Source: Bacteroidota bacterium (GTDB lineage Bacteria > Bacteroidota > Ignavibacteria > SZUA-365). From it: a stretch of DNA of 64,000 nt. Made by a program: the position numbers and the translations under genes. The notes under the pieces are model-generated. The model was not told the origin of the DNA. It worked only from the letters and a program-made list of their open reading frames with translations, and did not search any database. Shown piece after piece: positions 1-7,750 of this stretch. Location: positions 1,098 to 65,097 of the forward strand of contig JARYLZ010000008.1 of the NCBI GenBank assembly GCA_029907355.1. Direction: 5' to 3'. The number at the start of each line of letters is the position of its first letter. The first letter of the stretch is position 1.

Positions 1-606
1 ATCGGCGTTCCCTCCTCCAGCACGGAGCGCGCATTCGAGGCCTGCTGGCGCGCGAGCGAGAATGCCGAGTTGTTCATCAACGGGTACGAGAAGAACGTCG
101 ATGCCGAATACGCCGTGACCGACGGCTCAGGGCGCGTAGACCGCCCACTCGTGCGCAGGATTTCGCGCAGCGTGCGTGTCGACTTCCGCCGCCTCCCGTC
201 TCGGGGCGTGGGATTCCGCGTCCGCGCGGAATACCGAACCATCACAAACGCCGGCGTCCCCGCACCTACCGAGGACGGTTTTCTCCTCCTAACCGATATC
301 GTCGCCGCCCCCCTGCACGACTTCTCGCTGGAAGGGAGAATCGCCGTGCACCGAACGGACTCCTGGGAAGCACGGCTTTCCGCGTTCGAAAGCGACCTTC
401 CCGGTGCAGGATCGTCCCACCCCTTGTCCGGCGAAGGCCTGCGGGCCTACGTGTTGCTCCGGTGGTCGGCCTCGAAATGGTGCACGATTTCTTCGAAAGC
501 CGGATGGACGATCCTCGACGGGGAGCGCACGCTGGGAAGCGGCGACGACCAGGTGCGAGGGGACACGGTAGCGCGTTATTCTCTCCAAGCGGACATCAAG
601 CTCTGA
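1..606 (+). CDS. C-terminal part (5' truncated by window) of a Bacteroidota ComEA/helix-hairpin-helix-family outer-membrane protein
   Basis: Frame 1 is open from base 1 to TGA at 604-606. The C-terminus (HRTDSWEARLSAFESDLPG...GEGLRAYVLLRW...GSGDDQVRG...SLQADIKL) resembles the conserved C-terminal barrel of this family. Confidence 0.6.
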   Translation: MGVPSSSTERAFEACWRASENAELFINGYEKNVDAEYAVTDGSGRVDRPLVRRISRSVRVDFRRLPSRGVGFRVRAEYRTITNAGVPAPTEDGFLLLTDIVAAPLHDFSLEGRIAVHRTDSWEARLSAFESDLPGAGSSHPLSGEGLRAYVLLRWSASKWCTISSKAGWTILDGERTLGSGDDQVRGDTVARYSLQADIKL

Positions 607-703
607 CGGGAAAGGAGCATTCGAACGCGAGGCCGCAACGAAGAAACGGAGGATTGCCGGTACGGGGAAGAGCGCCGTACCGAATCGCACGTTTCCGGTG
701 CAG

Positions 704-1810
704 TCAACGTTCTTCCCGTTCGCTGTCGAGGATCTGGAGGTAATTCCGGTAACGGAGGGGGTGGATAGCACCTTCGGCGACGGCGGCAATGACGGCACAA
801 TCGGGTTCGTGCGTGTGCGTACAGGAGGGGAAACGGCACCGGTCGGCGCGTGCGACGAACTCGGGGTAATACGTGTGCAGGTCGGCAGGGTCGAAATGGT
901 AGAGCCCGAATTCCCGTATCCCTGGAGTATCCGCGATGTAGCCGCCGTTCGGGAGCGCGTACAGGACGCTTTTCGTTGTCGTGTGCGTCCCACGCGAGCT
1001 CTGAACGCTGATCGTATCGGTCTTCCCCGACGCCGAGGGGACGAGACGGTTGAGAAGGCTCGTCTTCCCCACACCGGAATGGCCGCAGAAAGCGGAAATC
1101 GCGTCGCGCAGGAGGTTCCCGAGTTCCTCGATCCCTTCCCCTGTCACACAACTCGTGTACAGGACCGTGTACCCGACATCGCGATAGACATCGGCGATTT
1201 CCTCCACCGCCGAAAAGTCCTCGTCGTCGACGAGATCCATTTTGTTGATGACGATGAAGGCATCGACCCCGCCCATGGCGGAAGCGATGAGGTACCGGTC
1301 GATGAGACCGGGTTTCAGGAGCTCGTTCGTCGCGGCGGCGACGACGACGATGCGGTCGGGGTTCGCGACGATGACGTCTGCGAACCCTCTGTCCGATACC
1401 GCAGTCCGAAGGAGGACGCGTTTCCGCGGGTAGACGTGCGTGACCACGGCGTCGCCTTCACCCGCAGAAACGTAACGAACGCGATCCCCGACGGCGAGCA
1501 GGCTCGAGTTCGGGTTGCCCGTCGTCGTGGAGCGGCGCGGGCGCGCGCGGATCTCCTCGTCGCCGTCGAGAAGGAGCACCGACGGTCCGCCCATCTCGAC
1601 GACGAGTGCATCCCGCTCGTTCTCCGGCCTCACGATCGGGTGTTTGCGCGGGGCGCTGCGCTTCTTCAGGAGGAAGTCGTGGTCGCTCTCCCCTTCCCCC
1701 TCGTAGCGCCAGCGTGCCTCCCCCTTCCGCCAGAGCTTTTCGATGTTCTTGCGTTTCTCGACTCGACGTGGAGAATCGGGTTCGTTTTGATCCATGAAAC
1801 TCCAGACCAT
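704..1810 (-). CDS. rsgA: Ribosome small subunit-dependent GTPase A
   Basis: Circularly permuted GTPase motifs NKMD, GHSGVGKTS, RGTHTTT and DTPGIREF, plus the zinc finger CRFPSCTHTHEPDC. The start could be 1795. Confidence 0.95.
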   Translation of the reverse strand: MVWSFMDQNEPDSPRRVEKRKNIEKLWRKGEARWRYEGEGESDHDFLLKKRSAPRKHPIVRPENERDALVVEMGGPSVLLLDGDEEIRARPRRSTTTGNPNSSLLAVGDRVRYVSAGEGDAVVTHVYPRKRVLLRTAVSDRGFADVIVANPDRIVVVAAATNELLKPGLIDRYLIASAMGGVDAFIVINKMDLVDDEDFSAVEEIADVYRDVGYTVLYTSCVTGEGIEELGNLLRDAISAFCGHSGVGKTSLLNRLVPSASGKTDTISVQSSRGTHTTTKSVLYALPNGGYIADTPGIREFGLYHFDPADLHTYYPEFVARADRCRFPSCTHTHEPDCAVIAAVAEGAIHPLRYRNYLQILDSEREER

Positions 1811-1953
1811 TCAGGAAGGCGAGCGTGTCGTACACACCCCTCTGAAAACTACGCGCGGAGGAAACGGCAGGCAAGGATAGAGAGGCGCGAGGATGGCGGA
1901 TCGCGTGAAAAATCCTATTTTCTCACGCTTGCATTCATTCTCCGCCATTACCC

Positions 1954-3258
1954 ATGACATTCATCCGCAACCCCTTGAAGCACGACCGTCGTTTCCGGAT
2001 GCGTCGGGGGCTCAACTGGTCGACGCTGGGGTTTACGTATGCCGTGCTGTACATGGCGCGGTACAACCTTTCGTTCGCGAACAAGTCCCTCTCGGACAGT
2101 TACGGATGGGACAAGACGCAGATCGGGACCATCATCACCGCCGCCTTGACGTTGTACGGCGTTTCCGCGCTCTTCAACGGGCCGATCGCCGACCGCATCG
2201 GCGGGAAGCGCGCCATGCTCATCGGTGCCGCCGGGGCAGCCTTTTTCAATCTCCTCTTCGGTTTCGGTGCGTACCTGGGTTTTCTCGGGAAAGGACCGCT
2301 TCTCCTCGGGTACTTCGCGACGGTGTGGGCCCTGAACAGCTATTTCCAGTCATACAGCGCCCTGGCGCTCATCAAAGTGAACTCGGGGTGGTTCCATATC
2401 CGGGAACGAGGGGTTTTCTCGGCGATTTTCGGGTCGATGATCCAGAGCGGGCGCGCACTCATTTTTTTCCTCGGCGGCGTGATCGTCACGGTGCTCCCTT
2501 GGCAGTGGGTGTTCTTCATCCCCGCCGCCATCGTCGGCGCCATGGCGATGATGACCGCGGCGTTCGTTCGCGATACGCCCGCCGATGCCGGGCTTCCCCC
2601 ATTGGACACCGCCGATGCCACCAGCGGGTACACCGGTCCGGTGAACTTCCGTTTCGTTTTCCGGCGCGTCTTCACCAACCCCATCACCATCACGATCGCC
2701 GTCGCCGAGTTCTGCACGGGTTTCGTACGGCACGGGTTCGAGCAGTGGTTCCCCCGTTACATGCAGGAAGCCCAGCATCTCCGGCTCGATTCGGCGGTTT
2801 TCCAGAAAGGCGCCTTCGCCGTCGTCGCCGCAGGCATTGCGGGCGCGTTCGTCGCAGGGACGGTGTCGGACTGGTTCTTCTCCTCACGGAGAACTCCCGT
2901 GGCATTCATCGGGTACACGTTGCAGATCGCCGCATTGAGCGCCGTCTGGCTTTCGACGGACCTGACGGTGATCATCGCGGCATTCATCGTCAACTCGATG
3001 GCGATCAGCATGGTGCACTCGATGCTCTCCGGCACGGCATCGATGGATTTCGGAGGCCAGAAAGCGGCCGCGACGGCGGCGGGCATGTTCGACGGCATGC
3101 AGTACCTCGGCGGCGCATCGGTCGGCATCGGTATGGGGTACCTGCTCGACAGGTTCGGCTGGGCCGCCTGGGGTCCGGGCATGATCGGCTTCGCATCCGT
3201 CGGCGCGCTTCTCATGCTACGGCTCTGGAACGCTCGGCCCACGCCTGCGGGCCGTTGA
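1954..3258 (+). CDS. MFS transporter, organophosphate:Pi antiporter (GlpT/UhpT-like) family
   Basis: About 12 hydrophobic segments; YMARYNLS, GPIADRIGGKR, WFHIRERG and AATAAGMFDGMQYLG motifs. Confidence 0.8.
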   Translation: MTFIRNPLKHDRRFRMRRGLNWSTLGFTYAVLYMARYNLSFANKSLSDSYGWDKTQIGTIITAALTLYGVSALFNGPIADRIGGKRAMLIGAAGAAFFNLLFGFGAYLGFLGKGPLLLGYFATVWALNSYFQSYSALALIKVNSGWFHIRERGVFSAIFGSMIQSGRALIFFLGGVIVTVLPWQWVFFIPAAIVGAMAMMTAAFVRDTPADAGLPPLDTADATSGYTGPVNFRFVFRRVFTNPITITIAVAEFCTGFVRHGFEQWFPRYMQEAQHLRLDSAVFQKGAFAVVAAGIAGAFVAGTVSDWFFSSRRTPVAFIGYTLQIAALSAVWLSTDLTVIIAAFIVNSMAISMVHSMLSGTASMDFGGQKAAATAAGMFDGMQYLGGASVGIGMGYLLDRFGWAAWGPGMIGFASVGALLMLRLWNARPTPAGR

Positions 3259-3321
3259 GTTCGAACCGCGGTTCCACCCTTTCCCACGCGGATAGCTCTA
3301 TTCCTCAATGGACGGGTACTC

Positions 3322-4041
3322 ATGAAACAGCACTGCTTCGACGTCATCATCCTCATCGGGCGGCCCGCTTCCGGCAAGTCCGAGATCATCGACTATCTGA
3401 AAAAAACGCCGTACGAAGAGCGTCTTCGGCGATTCGGCATCGGGCACTTCGACGAGATAGACGATTTCCCGATGCTCTGGGCATGGTTCGAGGAAGACGC
3501 CATTCTCGAGCGCATTCTCGGCAAGCCCCGTCTCCACACCGACGCTCGTGGGTATTTCCTCCACCGCTATTTCTGGGATCTCCTCATCGAGCGCATTTCG
3601 CTCGAGTACGACAAGCTGATGCGGGACCCCTCGTACCACGAGAAGCGGACGACCGTTATCGAGTTCTCACGAGGGACGGAACACGGCGGTTACGCCGCGG
3701 CGTTCCCGCACCTGAGCCCGCGCATCCTCGAACGCGCGGTGATCGTCTACGTCGACGTCACCTACGAGGAGTCTCTCCGGAAGAACCGCCGCCGATTCAA
3801 CCCGGCGCGCCCGGATAGCATCCTCGAGCACGGCTTGCCGGACGAAAAGCTGGAGAGGTTGTACAAGGAAGTCGACTGGGAAGAAATCGCCTCCGCTTCC
3901 CCCACCCATATCGATGTGAAGGGAATCCTGGTCCCGTACGTCGTGTTCCACAACATGCCGAGCAAAACGGACGACCCCGCGCTTCTCGGTCCCGCCTTGG
4001 AAGAGATCTTCTCCCGAGCGCGTGCACTCGTGGCACGTTGA
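3322..4041 (+). CDS. Uncharacterised P-loop NTPase/kinase-like protein
   Basis: N-terminal Walker A (IILIGRPASGKSE) and an NMP-kinase-like layout (VIVYVDVTYEESLRKN.RR). Confidence 0.7.
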   Translation: MKQHCFDVIILIGRPASGKSEIIDYLKKTPYEERLRRFGIGHFDEIDDFPMLWAWFEEDAILERILGKPRLHTDARGYFLHRYFWDLLIERISLEYDKLMRDPSYHEKRTTVIEFSRGTEHGGYAAAFPHLSPRILERAVIVYVDVTYEESLRKNRRRFNPARPDSILEHGLPDEKLERLYKEVDWEEIASASPTHIDVKGILVPYVVFHNMPSKTDDPALLGPALEEIFSRARALVAR

Positions 4042-4390
4042 AACCGCCGAACGAGGGGAAGAGGCGGCACCGTCGTCTCACCCGAATCTCGCACGAATAG
4101 GAATCGGCAGAGATGACATGCTGCGCGATTACTCCGCGTTACGGGTGCAGTCCATCGGTCGATATGCGTAATCAGGGCCGGGAGGAAAGCCCCCTCACAA
4201 GGTTCGGCATGGGGAACAGTACCTGCTGCACCTTCTACCATCCCGCCAGCCGATGTCCAGGTTCTCCCCTCGCACGCCTTCATCCGACGCGCCATCTCTC
4301 GAAGCCGGGCCGGTAGGTTCTGCCCCTGGAACGGAATCGTTTCGCCCGGATCCCGAGAGGGAAAATGACGACGAGATGTTTCCCGGCGTA

Positions 4391-5101
4391 TTACGGAAGA
4401 TGTGGCGAGGCTTCGAAGCGTTCGATATCCCCGGGCGTACCGAGATCCCACCAACGGCCTGCGTACTCGACGCCGCGGAGAGACCACCCCCCTTCCATCG
4501 CAACTCGATAAAGATCGAAGATGTCCGAGAAGCCCGTTTCGAAACCGAGCCGGAACAGCGCCGGCTTGATCGCATGGATCCCGCAGAAACCGCGTTTCAG
4601 AACGGCTCGGCCGCCGGCAATCGAGCCGCTGAACCATGCCTCCTTCCCAAGGAACACCCCTTCGTCGTCGAAGAGAAGGGCACGGTCCGTCGGCCGTTCC
4701 TGGACAGCAAGTGCGGCGAGCACCCTCGGTTCCTCGGCGGCCGACACGAGTCGCCCGAGGTCGAAATCCGACACGACGTCGGCGTTGTGGACGAGGAATG
4801 GTGCGTCGCCGTCGAGGAATTCCCGGGCGTGGAGGATTCCGCCTCCTGTCCCAAGGATGTAGGGTTCGCGGAGGACAACGACGCGTACAGGGGCTGCGTG
4901 TTCCCGGAAATGCCTTTCGAGGCGTTCCGCGTGATGATACGCATTGACGACGATCAGCCTGCAACCATAGCGCGAGAGCGCCTCGACGGCATGGTCGATC
5001 ATCGGCTTTCCCCCTGCGCGGACCAGCGCTTTCGGGACGGTGTCGGTTAGGGGCGCAAGGCGCGTCCCGAACCCCGCCGCCAGAATCATCCCCTTCACCA
5101 C
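4391..5101 (-). CDS. Nucleotidyltransferase, MurU-like (N-acetylmuramate-1-phosphate uridylyltransferase)
   Basis: MILAAGFGTRLAPLTDTVPKAL, LGTGGG, HNADV and WWDLGTP motifs; lies in an operon with an AmgK-like kinase. Confidence 0.85.
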   Translation of the reverse strand: MVKGMILAAGFGTRLAPLTDTVPKALVRAGGKPMIDHAVEALSRYGCRLIVVNAYHHAERLERHFREHAAPVRVVVLREPYILGTGGGILHAREFLDGDAPFLVHNADVVSDFDLGRLVSAAEEPRVLAALAVQERPTDRALLFDDEGVFLGKEAWFSGSIAGGRAVLKRGFCGIHAIKPALFRLGFETGFSDIFDLYRVAMEGGWSLRGVEYAGRWWDLGTPGDIERFEASPHLP

Positions 5102-5493
5102 CAGACTCCGCGCTCGCAGTGTTCGACGGAGACCGGTACGCCCTGGCGACGCAGGTGCTCGGCGAGGCGCTCCGCACAGTAGACGGAGCGGTGCTGGCCG
5201 CCCGTGCAGCCGAACGCCACGGAAAGGCGTTCGTACCCCAGCTCACGGTAGGATCGGAGGGCGATGTCTACGATGGCCTCGGCTGCCGCGATGAATTCCT
5301 CGACGACGGGGAACGCCTCGAAATACGTCTCGACCTCCGCATCGAGGCCGCTCAACGCAGAGAGGGAAGGCTCGTACACCGGATTCGGGAGGCAGCGGCA
5401 GTCGAAGACGAAACCGCCCCCGTCCGCCGAGCGGTCCGAAGGAATACCGCTCCGAAGGTATCCGAAAGAAAAAATGGAAACGGACGGGTTCAT
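5095..5493 (-). CDS. Stand-alone RapZ C-terminal-domain-like protein
   Basis: From ATG 5493: SFGY, GGGFVFDCRCLPNP and AFGCTGGQHRSVYCAE. The start overlaps the upstream stop (ATGA, 5490-5493). Confidence 0.85.
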   Translation of the reverse strand: MNPSVSIFSFGYLRSGIPSDRSADGGGFVFDCRCLPNPVYEPSLSALSGLDAEVETYFEAFPVVEEFIAAAEAIVDIALRSYRELGYERLSVAFGCTGGQHRSVYCAERLAEHLRRQGVPVSVEHCERGVWW

Positions 5494-6524
5494 ACAGGCT
5501 CGGAAAAATCCTCGGATCGCAAATTCCCGGCAATGTCGACGAACAATGCCCGGAGGTACGGCAGGTGTTTCATGACCGGCGCGTTTTCCGCGAGCCACGC
5601 GAGGTTGTCGAGCGCCGGGGGGATCGCGGAGCGGAAACCGGGCCGGTTCTTGCGGTACCCGAGATTCCCGAACGCACCGAGCGCCTGCATGACGCGCGCA
5701 ACGGCGTAGGCATGGAACTCCTCCTCGAAACGCCCTGCATCGACGGGGAACCTGGCGGAGACCCCCTCGAGATAAGCCTCGAGGAGCGAGGCGCGGACGG
5801 CGGGCGGGATCAGGGCCCGGGCGTCGAAGAGCAACGATGCAACGTCGTACGCGAGCGCCCCCCGCCTCCCGGACTGGTAGTCGATGTATCTCGGCCCCGA
5901 TGGGGTGATCATCACGTTGCGGGACTGGAAATCGCGGTAGAGGAAAAAGCGGCGTTCGGATTCGAGGAGCGTCTCGATCAAGCGCGCGCAATCGCGCTCG
6001 TACGCAGTCGGATCGTACCGCGGCTGGAATCGGTCGAGGAACATCTCGCGGAAGTAGCGGCAATCGAAAGCGATCGCTTCACCGCCAAACTCCGCCGTCT
6101 GGTAACAGAGCGTGTAATCGATATCGTCCGCCGCATCGATTTGGAAACGGACGAGGTCGTGCAGGACGTGTACGTACATCTCGTGCACGTCTTCGGGGAA
6201 CCCCTCTGCCCCTTCTCTCCGGTGGGCTTGCCAGTCGAACAACAGCGTGTCACCGAGGTCTTCTTCGAGGTAGGAACACTGGTCGGGCGCGACGGCGAAC
6301 AGTTTCGGCACCGGCAAGCCGCACGCGCGGAATGCCAGCGTGAACCCGATGAAGGCCTTGTTCTCCGCGACGTTCCCGCCGAAAACGCCCACGGCCGAAT
6401 GCTCCGTCCCGCGGATGCGGAAAACCTTTCTTTCCGAGCCGTCCCCGCGGAGAAGGTCGATACTCCGGACCGGTTCGCCGAAGCATTCCGTGAAGAGGGA
6501 TGAAAGCGTGTCCCCGATCTGCAT
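5490..6524 (-). CDS. APH-family phosphotransferase, AmgK-like (MurNAc/GlcNAc kinase)
   Basis: GDGSERKVFR, EEDLGD, YRDFQSRN, IDYQ and YDVASLL motifs. Likely start is MQIGDTL at 6524. Confidence 0.85.
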   Translation of the reverse strand: MQIGDTLSSLFTECFGEPVRSIDLLRGDGSERKVFRIRGTEHSAVGVFGGNVAENKAFIGFTLAFRACGLPVPKLFAVAPDQCSYLEEDLGDTLLFDWQAHRREGAEGFPEDVHEMYVHVLHDLVRFQIDAADDIDYTLCYQTAEFGGEAIAFDCRYFREMFLDRFQPRYDPTAYERDCARLIETLLESERRFFLYRDFQSRNVMITPSGPRYIDYQSGRRGALAYDVASLLFDARALIPPAVRASLLEAYLEGVSARFPVDAGRFEEEFHAYAVARVMQALGAFGNLGYRKNRPGFRSAIPPALDNLAWLAENAPVMKHLPYLRALFVDIAGNLRSEDFSEPV

Positions 6525-6808
6525 AGATTTCGCTCCGCCGCTCGCCGTGCCCGTTTCCCGGCATCGCTTCGTGCAGTTCATTCGCCCGCTTTTCCGCAAC
6601 GGGCGGCACGCACCTCCGTTCACCCACCAATCGGTTTTTCGGGTGTTCGGGGTTTCCCGACGAAACATGTCAAGATATCCCGTGTATCGACGAAATGGAA
6701 ACGATGCGATGGATGTAACGCTGCGATGACCGTACGGTAAGCACGTCTGCACGGTTCAATGTCTCGATCCACCGAAGAAAAAACGAGAAGAGAAACGCTG
6801 CCCTTTAT

Positions 6809-7333
6809 TCAAAAGACGAACGGGATGAACATCCGGCTTCTCTTCATGTACGCGACGTATTCCTGACCGAATTTTTCGACGCTCTCCCTCTCCTCGACCT
6901 TCGCCGTCGCATAGAGGATCGCGGTGACGCCTCCCGCAAGACAGACGTCGAGCACCGACGGCGACTTCATGGTCATGCCCCACGCGAAGAGGATCAGCGA
7001 GCCGTACAGGGGGTGGCGGACACGCTTGTACAATCCGACGGTCACGAGCCTCGTCGTGTGATCGAGATGTCCCGCCGGCTTGCCGAATCGAACGAGAACG
7101 CGGAACCCCTCCGCCGCGAAGAAAAGGGAAACGAGGAGCAGGATCCACGAGGAGATGCCAAACGCAGACAGGGGACCATCGAACCACCCGTCGATGTTCA
7201 TGAGGACGAGGACTGCGATCCCTTCCAAGGCGAAGAAACGAAAAAAACCGTGCGATTTCGGATTCGTCAAGGAAGGCCACGAGTATGCGGCGATCGAGAC
7301 GGATACGAGAATGAAAACGAGCGGAATCAACAT
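6809..7333 (-). CDS. Isoprenylcysteine carboxylmethyltransferase/PEMT-family membrane methyltransferase
   Basis: LVTVGLYKRVRHPLY and EERE...FGQEY..Y...RMFIP motifs; hydrophobic protein. Confidence 0.85.
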   Translation of the reverse strand: MLIPLVFILVSVSIAAYSWPSLTNPKSHGFFRFFALEGIAVLVLMNIDGWFDGPLSAFGISSWILLLVSLFFAAEGFRVLVRFGKPAGHLDHTTRLVTVGLYKRVRHPLYGSLILFAWGMTMKSPSVLDVCLAGGVTAILYATAKVEERESVEKFGQEYVAYMKRSRMFIPFVF

Positions 7334-7750
7334 AGGGTTTCTCGAAGCGGTCGAAGAAAGCGTCGTACTCTATGGGCACACGGAGGCCTTATCTCGAAAT
7401 GCTGCGGACCTGGAAGGGACCATATGCTGCTGCTCGTGCGTACGATCCGCCGGTGGATAGCCGAGTCGACAGGGAAGAAAAAAGGCGCTTCCGCCCGGCA
7501 CGGTGCGGGAATGCGGAGGGGGTCGTTTCACGTTCAACCGGGCAGTGCATCGATCCCGATGTGTCCAGGCGGCACCGTCGCGCGAAGATGCGGCAGGGTG
7601 ACGGGCTCTTCGAACAGCTTTTCCCTCGGAACAGCGGGCGTGATGTCTTGGACGGTCGCATTCCATGCGCTACCTTTTCCGTCGTGCCCTCGGGCTCGTT
7701 CGAGAAATCCCGCAGGGCGACGCGAGATCTACCACCCCGAGGCTTTACGC

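Noticed and set aside
4170-4390. GGAGGAAAGCCC resembling the RNase P RNA GAGGAAAGUCC motif
   Set aside because: The match is imperfect, and the conserved 3' ACAGAA...GGCUUA element and expected length are not found.
5490-5493. Stop-codon readthrough (selenocysteine) joining the kinase and RapZ-C
   Set aside because: The two ORFs are in different frames, so readthrough would not fuse them.
7013-7750. Long N-terminal extensions in the ORF track (e.g. 7013 for the Pat-type gene, 37586 for rsmB, 15669, 45256, 55972)
   Set aside because: They overlap other real genes and lack homologous character. Downstream ATGs fit the family N-termini better.
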